Positions 44,180-56,015 of a stretch of 64,000 bases of DNA are shown here, in pieces. Under the pieces are notes generated by a model. It did not search any database. It was given only the letters and a program-made list of their open reading frames with translations, and had not been told where the DNA came from. Made by a program: the position numbers and the translations under genes. This stretch comes from Trichoplax sp. H2. Taxonomy: Eukaryota. The stretch covers positions 186,001-250,000 of the forward strand of contig NOWV01000013.1 in assembly GCA_003344405.1 (NCBI GenBank), in the 5' to 3' direction. Numbering within the stretch: position 1 is the first letter of the stretch; the number at the start of each line of letters is the position of its first letter.

Positions 44180-47171
44180 TCAGCCGCGTCGAAATATTTT
44201 TTTGCTGCCTTCTTTGGCCTTATTGAAGATCCGATTAATAGAAGAATATGCTTTCTTCATTTGTCGATTATAATATATTCCCATGTTTCTTAACCACAGT
44301 GAATTCCTGGGAAACCAATGGTTGGATAACGTTGAGCTCTTTTGAGCCGCACCATTCTTGTCCGTCTTTTCATCTACTACCCACTTCTTCTCAAGTATCT
44401 GTGCTAGCCGAGCTTCGTCAGTATGTCCATTTGTAGGAAATGAAGTTTTAGGCGATTTTGGCTCTGATTTCTCTTGAATATTGTTTTTATTAGTTTTCTT
44501 TTCATCTGTTAATTTAGTTTTCTTTTCATCTGTTAATTCAGTTTTCTTTTCATCTGTTAATATATTTGTAGTATCTTTACTCTTTCCCATTAGCCAACTC
44601 AACCTAAACTTATCGGCATACCCCATTCCCTTCTTTCTACCCATTACCCAGCTTGTCGCTTTCTTGCTTTTTTTGGATATCCATGTCAACCAGGATTGAG
44701 AAGTGTGTTTATTTTCAGCTAAAAAATCCCTAGATGATTCGTCCTTCTTATGTATCTTATCTGCATCGATCTTCCTTTCACTTTTATCAGCAGGTCTATT
44801 TTCAGGGGTGGAATGCTTCGATAATTGGCTATCTTTTTGAATTGTCTCTTTATAGCTAGATGGACTACTAGATGCACCTAGTGGTCCACGCCAGTTTATA
44901 ATATTCTTACTCTTTTCAGATATCCATGTTAACCAGGTCTTTGTAGCGGATCCAGTTCTCCGCAACCAGCTGTTGTTATTAGGTTCTGTGTTATTTTTGA
45001 TTCCATTTTTGTTGTTTTCCTTTGTACCTGTTACCCAACTCATAAAATTCTTGCTTGTTCCAGTTATCCATTCTAGCCAAGTCTTATCAGCACATTTTCT
45101 TTCAACTTTAGCCTGAATAAGTAGTTTGTTTACTCCTTTAGTTAGTTTAGATAATTCATTCTCTATGGAATCAATCCACTTTTGAGTGGCAAGGTTGTAT
45201 TTAGTCTTATTGTAATAATTTGTGTCTGCAAATTTTTGCAATAGTGCGTTGCACTTGTTTAATGGGTCATTGCCAACTTCATGCCTTAGACATTCCACGT
45301 ATTCATTTATATTATAGATTAACACAGAAAAATGTTTCTGTAAGAATACCTCATTAGTAACACAAATATCGCTCGGTTTTTCCACGTTGTGGGTGTCGTT
45401 TTCGCATTTTAATGACATCTCATTGGCAATAATATGCTTAGAAGATCCTTGAAACATAGGAAACATAATCATCATGCTAATCAAGCAGACAATCACAGCA
45501 ATAATGGTGTAGCTTGAAGGTGCTAGTAACTCTTTCTTGCACCCAATAGTAACGACTTTTTTATTTTGATTGATTGATTCAATTAGGGCAGACTTGTTAG
45601 GAATAATGCCACTCGGTTCCGTCATTTCGCTTTCAGACAAAAAGTTAGAATCTGCCTCCATCACATCCGGTACAATCTGGTTAACTGATGTTGTATCATT
45701 ATCGGTAGTTAATTCTACAGCCTCGTCTGCCTGAGCAATAATCGTAGACTCATTTTTCTCAGATTTATTATCAGAATTTGAGGAAGCTTCGATTTGACTG
45801 CATTGCGTATCTTGGTCTACATCGGTGAGGGTGCTGTCATCCACTAAGCAATAACTATCTGCATCACTGATTATAGCTTTATCGTCAGTATTGAGTAAAA
45901 AATGAGTGATGTCGCTACTGGAAATGTTAGGGCTATCTAAGCTACTTTGCGTGTTTAAAACAAAATAGCCACTTATATCTGATGATGAGTCCACGTCCGA
46001 ATCAATTGGATCCTAATAAGATCAAAATTTAAAAAAGAGAACTTAGCGTCATTATCGATTAGTAATTTACGCTACGTTTACATATAGAAATCTAAAAGTG
46101 CAACACGTATACGCGCATAGTTGAACACCGAAGGACAAACAACATCGATAACGCTGAGCAAAATACCGATAATCCCCAAACGAACAGGGAAATGATCAGA
46201 GGATTTTTAAAATAAAGCAGACAAACAATCATAACCACTGAAACTAGAAACATGGCAAGCTCTTGTCAGCCGAAACTGAAGTAAAATTGATATCCTGATC
46301 AAAATAATAATTAATTGTTACAGGAGATGATGATCAATTGCTGATCTTATTCGTAGGGTAATTTTAACTATCAATCAGATAAGAGGGGTATCATTATCCA
46401 TTGCAATAGTTAAAATATAATATACTGTACAATGTGCATGTCCTTTTTAACTGATCATCAATAAGTTTAAGTTTTAATCTACAAAATGACTAGTTAAAAA
46501 GAGAACTAATTTGATTCCTTGATATCATTGGTGCTGTCTGCTGACAAGCGGATCAGACGGTAGCATCATCTACAATATAATGTACATTTATTATACGTAT
46601 AGTAGGCATTTCCTGGAATTGAGATTTTCCCTCGACTATATAATTATAATTAACCTAAGAAGAAGGATCCCACCATCCATTGCAACGTCATACGAGTCCA
46701 TGTCCTTCTTGCAGATCATGAACATGCTATCGTATAAAATGAGTCTGCTAGAAAGGAGAAGTGATTCGATCTTTCTATTCCTGACAAGCGAAGTGCATTA
46801 CTACTACTGTAGTCACTGTGATGGCTGTCGAAAGTATTTCTACAATACGTAGAAAGGAAAGACTTAACGATGGATTCGCAATAATCTGATAGTAAATTAC
46901 GTACCGTAAATTATAATATACTAGTAGAACCAATGCTCGTTATACTTTGCGTACTGCATTATATCTGCTTGTGACAAAAATTAATTTAATCTCTTCGCGC
47001 CAGGACTAACAAGGAGAGTTGCATACAAATATATTAATTCTTAATTGCTAGTTACTGTAGTTACAATCGGTAAAAATCAAAGATTTAAACAGTTAATTTC
47101 AATAATATGACAATAAACTATATAACGTAGATCTTTATGGAATCATTTCGATCTCTAGTTCTATTCTTCAT
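44180..47171 (-). CDS. Single-pass membrane protein, full-length copy B (~620 aa); CCPG1/PBXIP1-like candidate
   Basis: Large open exon 46012-44180 behind a ttattag acceptor; likely first exon from ATG 47171. DSSSDISGYFVL LIR-like motif, one TM, Trp-rich amphipathic repeats, three 24-nt repeats (LTDEKKT) at ~44490-44565. Confidence 0.7.
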
Positions 47172-47712
47172 TTTGCCTACGCAATCGACTACCATCAGCA
47201 AGGTTAATCCCAAATGTATGCAATCATTTTTCAACTGTACCGCATTTGGAATTGAATATTAGGTGTTAAACTAGTTTTTTGACTTCTTTACAACATCAAT
47301 CAATCCTAATAAAACTTACAAAATTGTTGTCATCTTCCTTTAGCCCCTTCACATCGTGAGTAACACTCATGATGGATAATTTACAACATCAATCGCTTTA
47401 AAATTGGTAGCAAAAATTTCAACAATCAAGTTTTGTACGAAACAAAATAATAGATGATGACTGTCTACTAGGTGAAAAAATGATGCAATGTAAATAAATA
47501 CCGCAATTAATAATAAACGAGTATATAATTAATTAACTGAAGAGACCAACCGGTAGTTTACTTCCTGTACAGTCTACTACTGTGGATCATAAAACACTCG
47601 ACTTTTCAGTGCATACTATATACTGTATGTGGACTTTGCAGGCATAGTTGTACAATGCACTGCACATTTACATATGGGGCAGAACGATGACGTATCTATA
47701 GTAGTTTGGGGA

Positions 47713-47903
47713 AAGCTTCCGACTTTTCTTTCAGGACCTTCTTTAACCCCTAGTGCTGCTGTTAGCGGGGGGTTACGAGGGAAGGCTCTGATCTAGTATT
47801 TTGGACCTTCCCTTCGCATGAACGGTCAGCACTGGGGTAGCTTAATTTTTGACTGTGAACGGCACCCGATATGGGAAACTCTAGTAGGAGTGCTGTAGCA
47901 GTC
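47713..47903 (+). ncRNA. Candidate structured RNA with Sm-type site, family unassigned
   Basis: GC-rich island with nested stems containing G-U pairs on the + strand; AATTTTTG (47844-47851) lies between two folded domains. Confidence 0.5.
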
Positions 47904-49006
47904 CTCAGTGTTCTACAGTATTGGCCCATGGACTACTAAAAAAGGAAATGGTCTCCATGATTAGACTTTTTAATTCATTTTTTTGAATCCATCGAGAGAA
48001 ATATTTTGAACAATTAGAGACTTGGCTAATACAAAGTAAACTCATTTTCACTAATAATAATAATTATAATTCGTATAGATATACAGTATCTCGTATATGC
48101 AGTACTAGCTGAGATACCCATTCGAAATGAACTTCGAAAAGCATTACAGACTTTACTAACATATGATAAATAAGGAACGTATAGGAGTAAATGTGATACA
48201 CAGTATAGTAGTTCGTCCATATTAGTAAGCGGTGGACAATTAAATTGTACAGTAAAAGTATGGACCACTAGAAAAAACAGTAGTGGTCCATGATTAAAGG
48301 TAAAAGTATAAGTACGCAAAGTGTAGCGAGCGAGAGATCGACTAGTAAGAATCATTTACTGAAAATTGTACATTCTACTATTCAATTTGATATAACAGCG
48401 AATAAAATGGAGACCTATGCTAAGCAATTATCAAAAATTATTTATTTCATATGATAGGAAAACAATTCGACACGCATACGTGTATAAAGACTACAACTCG
48501 TGTCAATATGTCAGCATATTGCAATTGTAATATCAAATACTTCACAATTCATAACATAAAAACGCAGTATCTTAAAAGTAAGAACCAAAACGGGCTAAAA
48601 TTAAATGTATAACCGATAGATTTAAAAAAATGGATATAACATCCAATCAGAACAGTAATTCAAACTCTAAAAAGTCTAATACAGCCGTTATCAGTCAATG
48701 TTGCGCTTCATAAGAGTGCGCCAAATGAAATTTTTACATTTTATTAACTTTAGATTTGTTCAAAATGACTAATTATTATATCAACTTTCTGCAAGATTAT
48801 AATCCAGCTATAAAAAAATCATTCCATTATGCAAAAACTGTCCAGATATACAGTACGTATATCACCTTTTGGATAAATTATCAATCTGTACAAAAACTAC
48901 ATCTAAATTTATCCGAAATTGTACATGTGGTCATGTACTGAATTAAAACCATGTTATCAGTATACGAGTATTACATATGATAATTATACAAGTAAAAATA
49001 ACAATA

Positions 49007-52000
49007 TTAAGAATCACCGGCATTATCACCTAACTCTTGCGTGGTATCACCGGCATTATCTTTTAACTCTTGCGTAGTACCACTGGCATTATCCTTTAAC
49101 TCTTGTGTGGTATCTCTGATATTATTATTATCTAATTCTTGCGTAATATCACCCGTCACTTTCATTTCACTTTTTAGAGCATCTTTCACGAACGGTTCAA
49201 GTCGTTCTTCTAAACTATGGCCCATCAAATCTTTTCTGGTAATGATACCAGAAATCCTAGAACAATAAGCTTAGAGTTATCATCAAACTTTAACAGCTAC
49301 CGTATACGTATCGACTTGTATAAATTAACGGAATGATCATACCTGTTACTAGTGTCGGTAACAATTAAGTGTCTGGAAAGCAATAGAGATCGAATTAGGT
49401 ACAATTTAAAAGAAGACAAATTTTATACCAACCATAAAATTGTCAAAAAATATACCTTAAGCCAAGAGTTCGAAAGAGAGCGTAAACTCTATACAAGGAA
49501 TATGACTCTGGTACACAGATCGGCGATTGTCCATAATAATGTGCCTAACAAATATTATCGAGCTCTTAACTTATTTGTATAGTAATTACAGTTTAGCAGA
49601 ATCAGTATTTATAGCCCATAGCAGCATAACTTGTTACTTACCAAATCTATGTAAAGGTCATTATATTTTTCATCATGACAGTACTTTTCAAGAGCTTCTT
49701 TAACTGGGCCTTCATTCGGCTTTTCAAGATGTTTAGGTGCTTCGATAAACTATAAAAGGACTCATGAAAATCAATAAAGACAAGCTCCAAGAAGCAAACA
49801 AATTCATTTTCAAACGTTTTACCTGCTGATAATCTAGCACGGGAACATCAACAGGACTTGCTTCATTAGATTCGAATAAATCTTCTTGTAACATTATCAA
49901 ATTCAACTCTGGCCTAAAATAGCAATATCTCTTTACACATCTTACACATTCTGTAATATCGTAATATTTAGGTGAATTTCAGAATCTGAACATTGATCTC
50001 ACTTAAAACTTAAACATTTATAGACATTTACCTTTTGATAATTCCGCAAACTATCTCGGTACCTTCAACTTCTTTAACAATAGGAAAGCCACAATGTTGG
50101 CAATTCAATAGCAACTTGGCGATGTCTGCAACGCGTTCTCGCGATCGCAGAATCTAGTCAATAGAACAATGTTAATTCTCTACGATAATAAATTTTACAC
50201 TAAAACATTGTTACCAGAGGATTTTTCGCCATAATTTGTCCAGCCGTAAAAAGTTCTATGCTAACGCTAAACAAGCAAACAGTATAGTAAATTAACATCT
50301 CATTCATTCTTTAAAATGCAGTAAGTAAAGTCTTTACTTGTCTTTCTTGTTATGTAATATAACCGGTTCCCAGTTTAAAAATGGGATGCACTTCATTTCC
50401 ATTAATGCATGATACAGCGAATGTGTAATGGTATCACCGACCCACTTTGCAATTATGACGGCAGTCATTATACATAATAAGAACTGCACGTCATTGGTAA
50501 TTTCCATCTTTATGTCCGAAAGTTATATCAAAGTATTAGTTCTATTATTATTAGTAAAAAAATAAAATAAACCAGACTCTTTTACATACCATAATTACTG
50601 TCAATGACATTGTTAAGCGTGAGACACCAGCAAAGAATGATGCAGAGCCAATTAAAGCAAATGCTCCTGGATCTATCCATGTCCAGTATCCTATCATTGC
50701 GTTGAGAGAATATTGAAAAATTTTAAATATAGGTGCATGTTGCATTTCTATTAATACTTATTTTATGCATCTCATTTTTGTTCTTCTACGCGTACCTGCA
50801 CGATGTATGCCAAACATATGTACCATGATACGTCCAACAATGCGGCCGTATAATGAACCTATTAAGCTATACCAATTTATAGAGATTGCCGTAAAATTTA
50901 GCCACCCTATCAATTTTATTAAATCTTATTTTCTTTAAACTTACAGCATCGGTACAACAAGACCACTAGCGACTGACGTCCCAGAGGACCAGCAGGATAA
51001 AAGGAAATAAATAACTAGAATTGCTATTAAAGGCCTACAATTTTTTAAAGAATTATAAATTTACTAGCATGTGTACAAATGACATTTATTGATGTGAAAA
51101 TTTTCATTATCATAGAAGATAAAGTCAAGTCGCTCCTAACATACCCAAAATCGAATTCTAAATGGGTATTGCGTGACAAAAGATGTTTTATAGCTTCTTC
51201 ACCAGTCACAAACATTAACGTTGCAACTAATATTATGCCAAAAGCAAGAAAGATTACATTAATTTGCATTGGCAATCTTTAATCAAATAAATGTGTTGAC
51301 AACTACTGTACTAGTATTAGTACCATTTCTACAGTATTTATGATATGTTTACTATACTGGTATACAAATGTACATCAAATAACAATCGAACCTACCTTGA
51401 CTATAAGATCTATTGTAGAACACAGTGGTATCATTATAGTTAATGTTAACACCAGCTTCACAAGTATATAGTTGTACATTCGGTTCAAGATGCAATGGGT
51501 GTCTACGATCTGTTAAACACTGAGGGCTAAAGATAAAATTGGAAACGGTCAATTTTTAACGATAAACAGATTCGTTGTTGTACGATCGTTTAACATGGAT
51601 AACCAATCAGATCTTACCTGGATGTATCTGTATCCAGTCGACATCGGAAAGGAGTACAAGGGAATGCTGCAGGTAGGAAAACTGAAATAGTAGCCATAAT
51701 TGCCTAAAAGTATAGATATTCAAAATTTTATAATTAACAACGTACTCGCAGTGTTTTGTAGTTAAAAATTGAGAATTTCATTTTTAGATCCCAAAACAAA
51801 TCGATTCGAATCCTTTACCATTATAAGAACTGGTTCAGCGATTTTACATGCTGTCTTCCATCGTTTATTTTTTATACGTTTCATTACTGACGAACGGTAT
51901 CTTCGAATCTTGATACCAATAAAAAAAATTTAATATTAGTCAGTAATTACGGCGAATATCTGCTTAAGGTAAGATATTATCTTTAGAATTACCCAAATTC

Positions 52001-55000
52001 TTCTAATTATAAATATTGTTAATAAAAAATGTGAAAGAATGAGAAGGAAATATCTGAAATTTCTTACTTTAACATTTAAAAAAGTGAAGAAAGCACCCAG
52101 TATTCCTCCGATAATACCAAGTATAATGGATGGAATAAAAGCTACAAGGTTTACAGATATACCACGTTTCACCTGAAAATACAGCAGAAAGGTATTTACA
52201 TGTAAGCATTTAATGATGTACTACGGTAACATTACTATAGTGGATGAAAAGAAGCTAAAATTTACCTGGAAAATAATATATTTGTCTTCTTTAAAGGCAC
52301 CAAATTCACCAGCATACTTAAACCCATCAAAAGCCGAATTGAAGAGATCCTAAGTAATCAATCATAACGATTGATGATAAATACACTTTTATTCAGTTGC
52401 ATTAACCGTATTTAGAATTGCAGAATTACTTACGGTAGTGGCAGTTGATACCATACAGCAAAAGAACGTCATCCAACTTTGCTTTATGCTCCAAAATGAA
52501 GCAACTTCTTCCATAGCAAAGAGTAGCCCACCTACAGGAGACCCAAATGCAGCAGAAACACCGGCTCCAACTCCAGCATTTATAAAATCACGTCTAATTA
52601 TAACATAATATAGAGGATATTACATGGCATTATCCGATCTCACATACTACGTTCACTTTTACGGGATAGATGCGAAGTTCGGTGGATTCATAAAAACCCA
52701 ATATTTGTTATTTTATTACCTGTCTTTCGGATTTCGAAATTTTTCAAGAATAGGTAATTTGATTTTAAACGTATCTGACTTCAACTGGCTCAGTCCAGCT
52801 CCCACAAGACCTCTGTGTAATGAAAATCAACAAGAAATTACTTTGACTTTAGTTATCAATCAATCAACTATCGATTGGTTACAATGTATTGATAGGTTCA
52901 TGTCAAGTTATGGTTAAAAGGTTTTAACATACTTTATCAAAAATTCATGACTATTGCAAAGCTCATTAACTACCAAAAAAACTGTTAATTTTTTTCGTAG
53001 TCCATGCATTACTGAAGTAAATAGTAAAGGATGAGAATTTCTAATGAAAATACATGCGATCCTTCTATTACTAAACATGTATTGTAGTATCTTTGACAGC
53101 AATCATTACTGGTATTGCATATAATCACTATGAGTATAATAATTCATGGCAGTAAGTTTTCTATAACGCTGATCTAGAAAGCATACATCCTAGGTAGCAC
53201 AATTTAAAATAAAAGTGTTTACACACTTAGTACTTACTAACCCTAAATGAATCATTGGCCCTTCTGGGCCGATCGGTAAGCCGGAACCCACTGCACAAAC
53301 GCAAGACAAAAACTTTATTATCATAGTCTTGAAACTGAATACTTTTCGAATACGGCTTCCATTCAAGAAGCCAATAAGTTCCGGCATACCCGAGCCACCA
53401 GCCGATGGCCTAAAGAACTGCAACATTTGGAGAGTAATAATTAATCAACTCTTAATTAGAGCTGATGTAGATTACAAAATATGTAGCTCGAAACAATGCA
53501 AGGACGTTATTTACAGACAAGGAATAAAAGGAAACATTCTGACTGTATACAGAGTAAAAATAATATTGAGAATGGATAATTGATAGCAAACTTTGATTAG
53601 CAGCAAATAGGCATTTATTTCTTGCTATCGTATATGCTAAACATATTGCCACGGCTAGTATAGCATTCTAACAAGTACTAACCACTACTAGTGAGGCGGA
53701 TACTAGAACAAATAGCATGCTATAACCGATAGTGAAGATCCAGGCAACACCAAAATTTCCTTCCTAAGAATTATAATAGAACACAATATTGAAATAAGTA
53801 TAAATTTCCTTAATCCAACCAAGGAGTAAATTTAAGAATGTGCAGTATACAGTAATTGTATCGACTTATGTAATGAAATAGATAATTTACATAACTCGAT
53901 GATACTCATATGTAAAGATTGCACATCAAAATATTGATAGCCTAGAAATCTCGGTATAATTATTTTAGATCGCTAGAATAAAAACCGACATACCACGATC
54001 ATTCTTCCAGCAACCGAGAACTTTGTTCTATTTAGTGGTACAAAGAAAGAAAAATTTAACACCCGCTTATCATATTATCAGGTCGTTCTATATTATATAG
54101 AAGCATTATTTGTAATGTTGTAGTACAGCATTTAATAAAATTAAAATTAGATTAAAAGTACTGTAACCGTAGTTTCCTCTGATCATAGCCCCACTAAGTG
54201 ATTATTTATTTCTGAATATCCAGTAAACTACTATACGACAGACTGTCAGTAAATTGTTTTGGACTAGTGTCTTACTCCGATATTAGAAAATTAGATTAAA
54301 AACATTGTAACCGTAGTTTCCTCTGATTCTAGCCCCACTAAGTAATTATTTATTTCTGAATATCTAGTAAAACACGATACGGCAGACTGTCAATAAATTG
54401 TTTTTGGACTAGTTACTCTGATATTAGATCGATAAATTGATGTACAAATACTATACCGTAGACTATCGATAAATTGTTTATTATGTTAGTGGCTTACTCT
54501 GATATTAAATCGATAAATTGATGTAATAACCATCCAACAACACCAACGGCAAATCCAATCAGACCCATCATAAGCCATCGATCCCATTCTACCTGGACGG
54601 AAGCAGTTCGTAACCAATCCTGTATAGCATCATTATAACTGGTGACACTTTGCAATCTCATTATTGCTAGAAAATTTCACTTTTTCATTTTACACGTCTC
54701 TAAAATCTATGATCAATCTATACTAATTGAACATGATACTGTAGGGCGTGATGTCTATCGTACGATAACGGTCTATAATGCAGTGTTGAAAATCAACATT
54801 GAACTCCTGATAGACGAATAAATTAAACTATGCAGCATGTTATCGAGCTGTTTCAGCGGTTTGAAAAGCTAAAAAAGTGGTACTAATTATACATCGTAGA
54901 TGTAGCAGCACCATTGCTAGGTAAGAATATTGGCTAAAAAGAAGCTGGATGAAAGTTAATTTGTGCGAGCGTCGGTAACCCACTCTATGCGCATATACTT

Positions 55001-55456
55001 TAATGGAGTACCGTAATTATCCCAATTTTAATTAACTTGTGTATTTTCTACTTCTAACGATGTATGGAAACCTTCATTTATATTTACATCAAGCTATTTC
55101 TTGACTTTGAATACATAAAGGTAGGCGATATTATTTATAAGTAGGCGGTACGTCTAAAGGTCTAAATCTTAACAACGTCTAGTGGAGCCCGGTCTCGAAC
55201 CACGTTCATCAAGTCATACCTGGTAGCTATCGCTTTGCGGCGAAAGATAATCAAAACTTTCATATTCTGACAGCTTTTCTTGCTCTTTTTTCGTGTAAGA
55301 ATGGCTGGTATAAGTACTTTCAAACTCTCTACCCGTTTGAAAAAAAGTCAATTCGGCGAAATCATCAGGTAATATTTCATCGTCTTCATCAGCATCTTCC
55401 ACTTCAGCTGGAATGTAAGCGCGAAGCTTCTTTCTTCGTCTTAGTATCCTATTCAT
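49007..55456 (-). CDS. CLC-family Cl-/H+ exchanger, CLC-6/7-related, >20 exons, C-terminal CBS domains
   Basis: [117 protein letters not shown] 55456; last exon ends 49007. Confidence 0.92.
49010..49160 (-). repeat. ~33-nt coding minisatellite (TTQELxDNxG, x4) in the CLC C-terminal tail
   Basis: Translation [47 protein letters not shown]. Confidence 0.85.
54143..54525. repeat. ~143-bp tandem duplication plus copies of an exon end inside a CLC intron
   Basis: aaaattagattaaaa...tgtaaccgtagtttcctctgat...gccccactaagt occurs twice; ttactctgatatta.atcgataaattgatgta occurs at ~54413 and ~54494. Confidence 0.85.
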
Positions 55457-56015
55457 GCTAACAGCCAATAACTTGACCTGGAAATCAACTTTAAATAATA
55501 TCTACTGCAATCGTCTAGATCTCAAGTTCTTTTTAGACACTAGAATCGATTCTATGATGAGAGAAAGGGAAGAGAATTGGAAATTATTCCATGCAAACCT
55601 TCTCTCCGCCTCGTTGGACAACGGGAGCCACCCACAACGACGACTGTCTGTCTGCCTGACCGAGTTCCTAGTGTCGATTGGTCTAGGTCCCCAAATATGT
55701 CAGCCGGTCTAATAGTAAATTAACTTAATTATTTCGCAAGTTGACAATCAATATGAACATACAGTCAATCAAGCGATGGTCACCCCTACTGAGCTTTGAT
55801 ATTCTAGTCTATTCTCTATTGAATAAAGTACTGTATAGAACACTATACTCGAAACATAACAGTCGCTACTCTAACGCCCAATGGCCCAAGCCCATTCAAG
55901 TACAGACAACTGGACAGGCAGACGACAAACCAACTTTCCTCATTAAAATGGCCTCTGATTTATAGTTCGCTGAATACTGGAAATTGGATAATCCTAAGGA
56001 ATGTTCAAGTCCATC

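Larger units (their letters stand above)
39280..47530. repeat. Tandem segmental duplication of a whole gene, ~4 kb per copy (A ~39280-43290, B ~43685-47530)
   Basis: Colinear similarity through the 3' flank (agcaaataaaatttga...aaaagattttatt), coding region, intron and upstream region. Confidence 0.95.

Noticed and set aside
47741-47753. TTAACCCCTAG as a telomerase RNA template
   Set aside because: It has four Cs and does not template TTAGGG; no downstream pseudoknot or H/ACA domain was recognised.
47719-47790. Resemblance to the U3 snoRNA 5' end and to RNase P/MRP CR-I (GGGGAAAG, GGGAAGG)
   Set aside because: U3 boxes A, B, C and D are not properly present, and I found no matching CR-V/P4 partner.
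49007-55456. CLC gene as the PIGBOS1 partner CLCC1
   Set aside because: CLCC1 is unrelated to the CLC family; this gene is a true CLC transporter.
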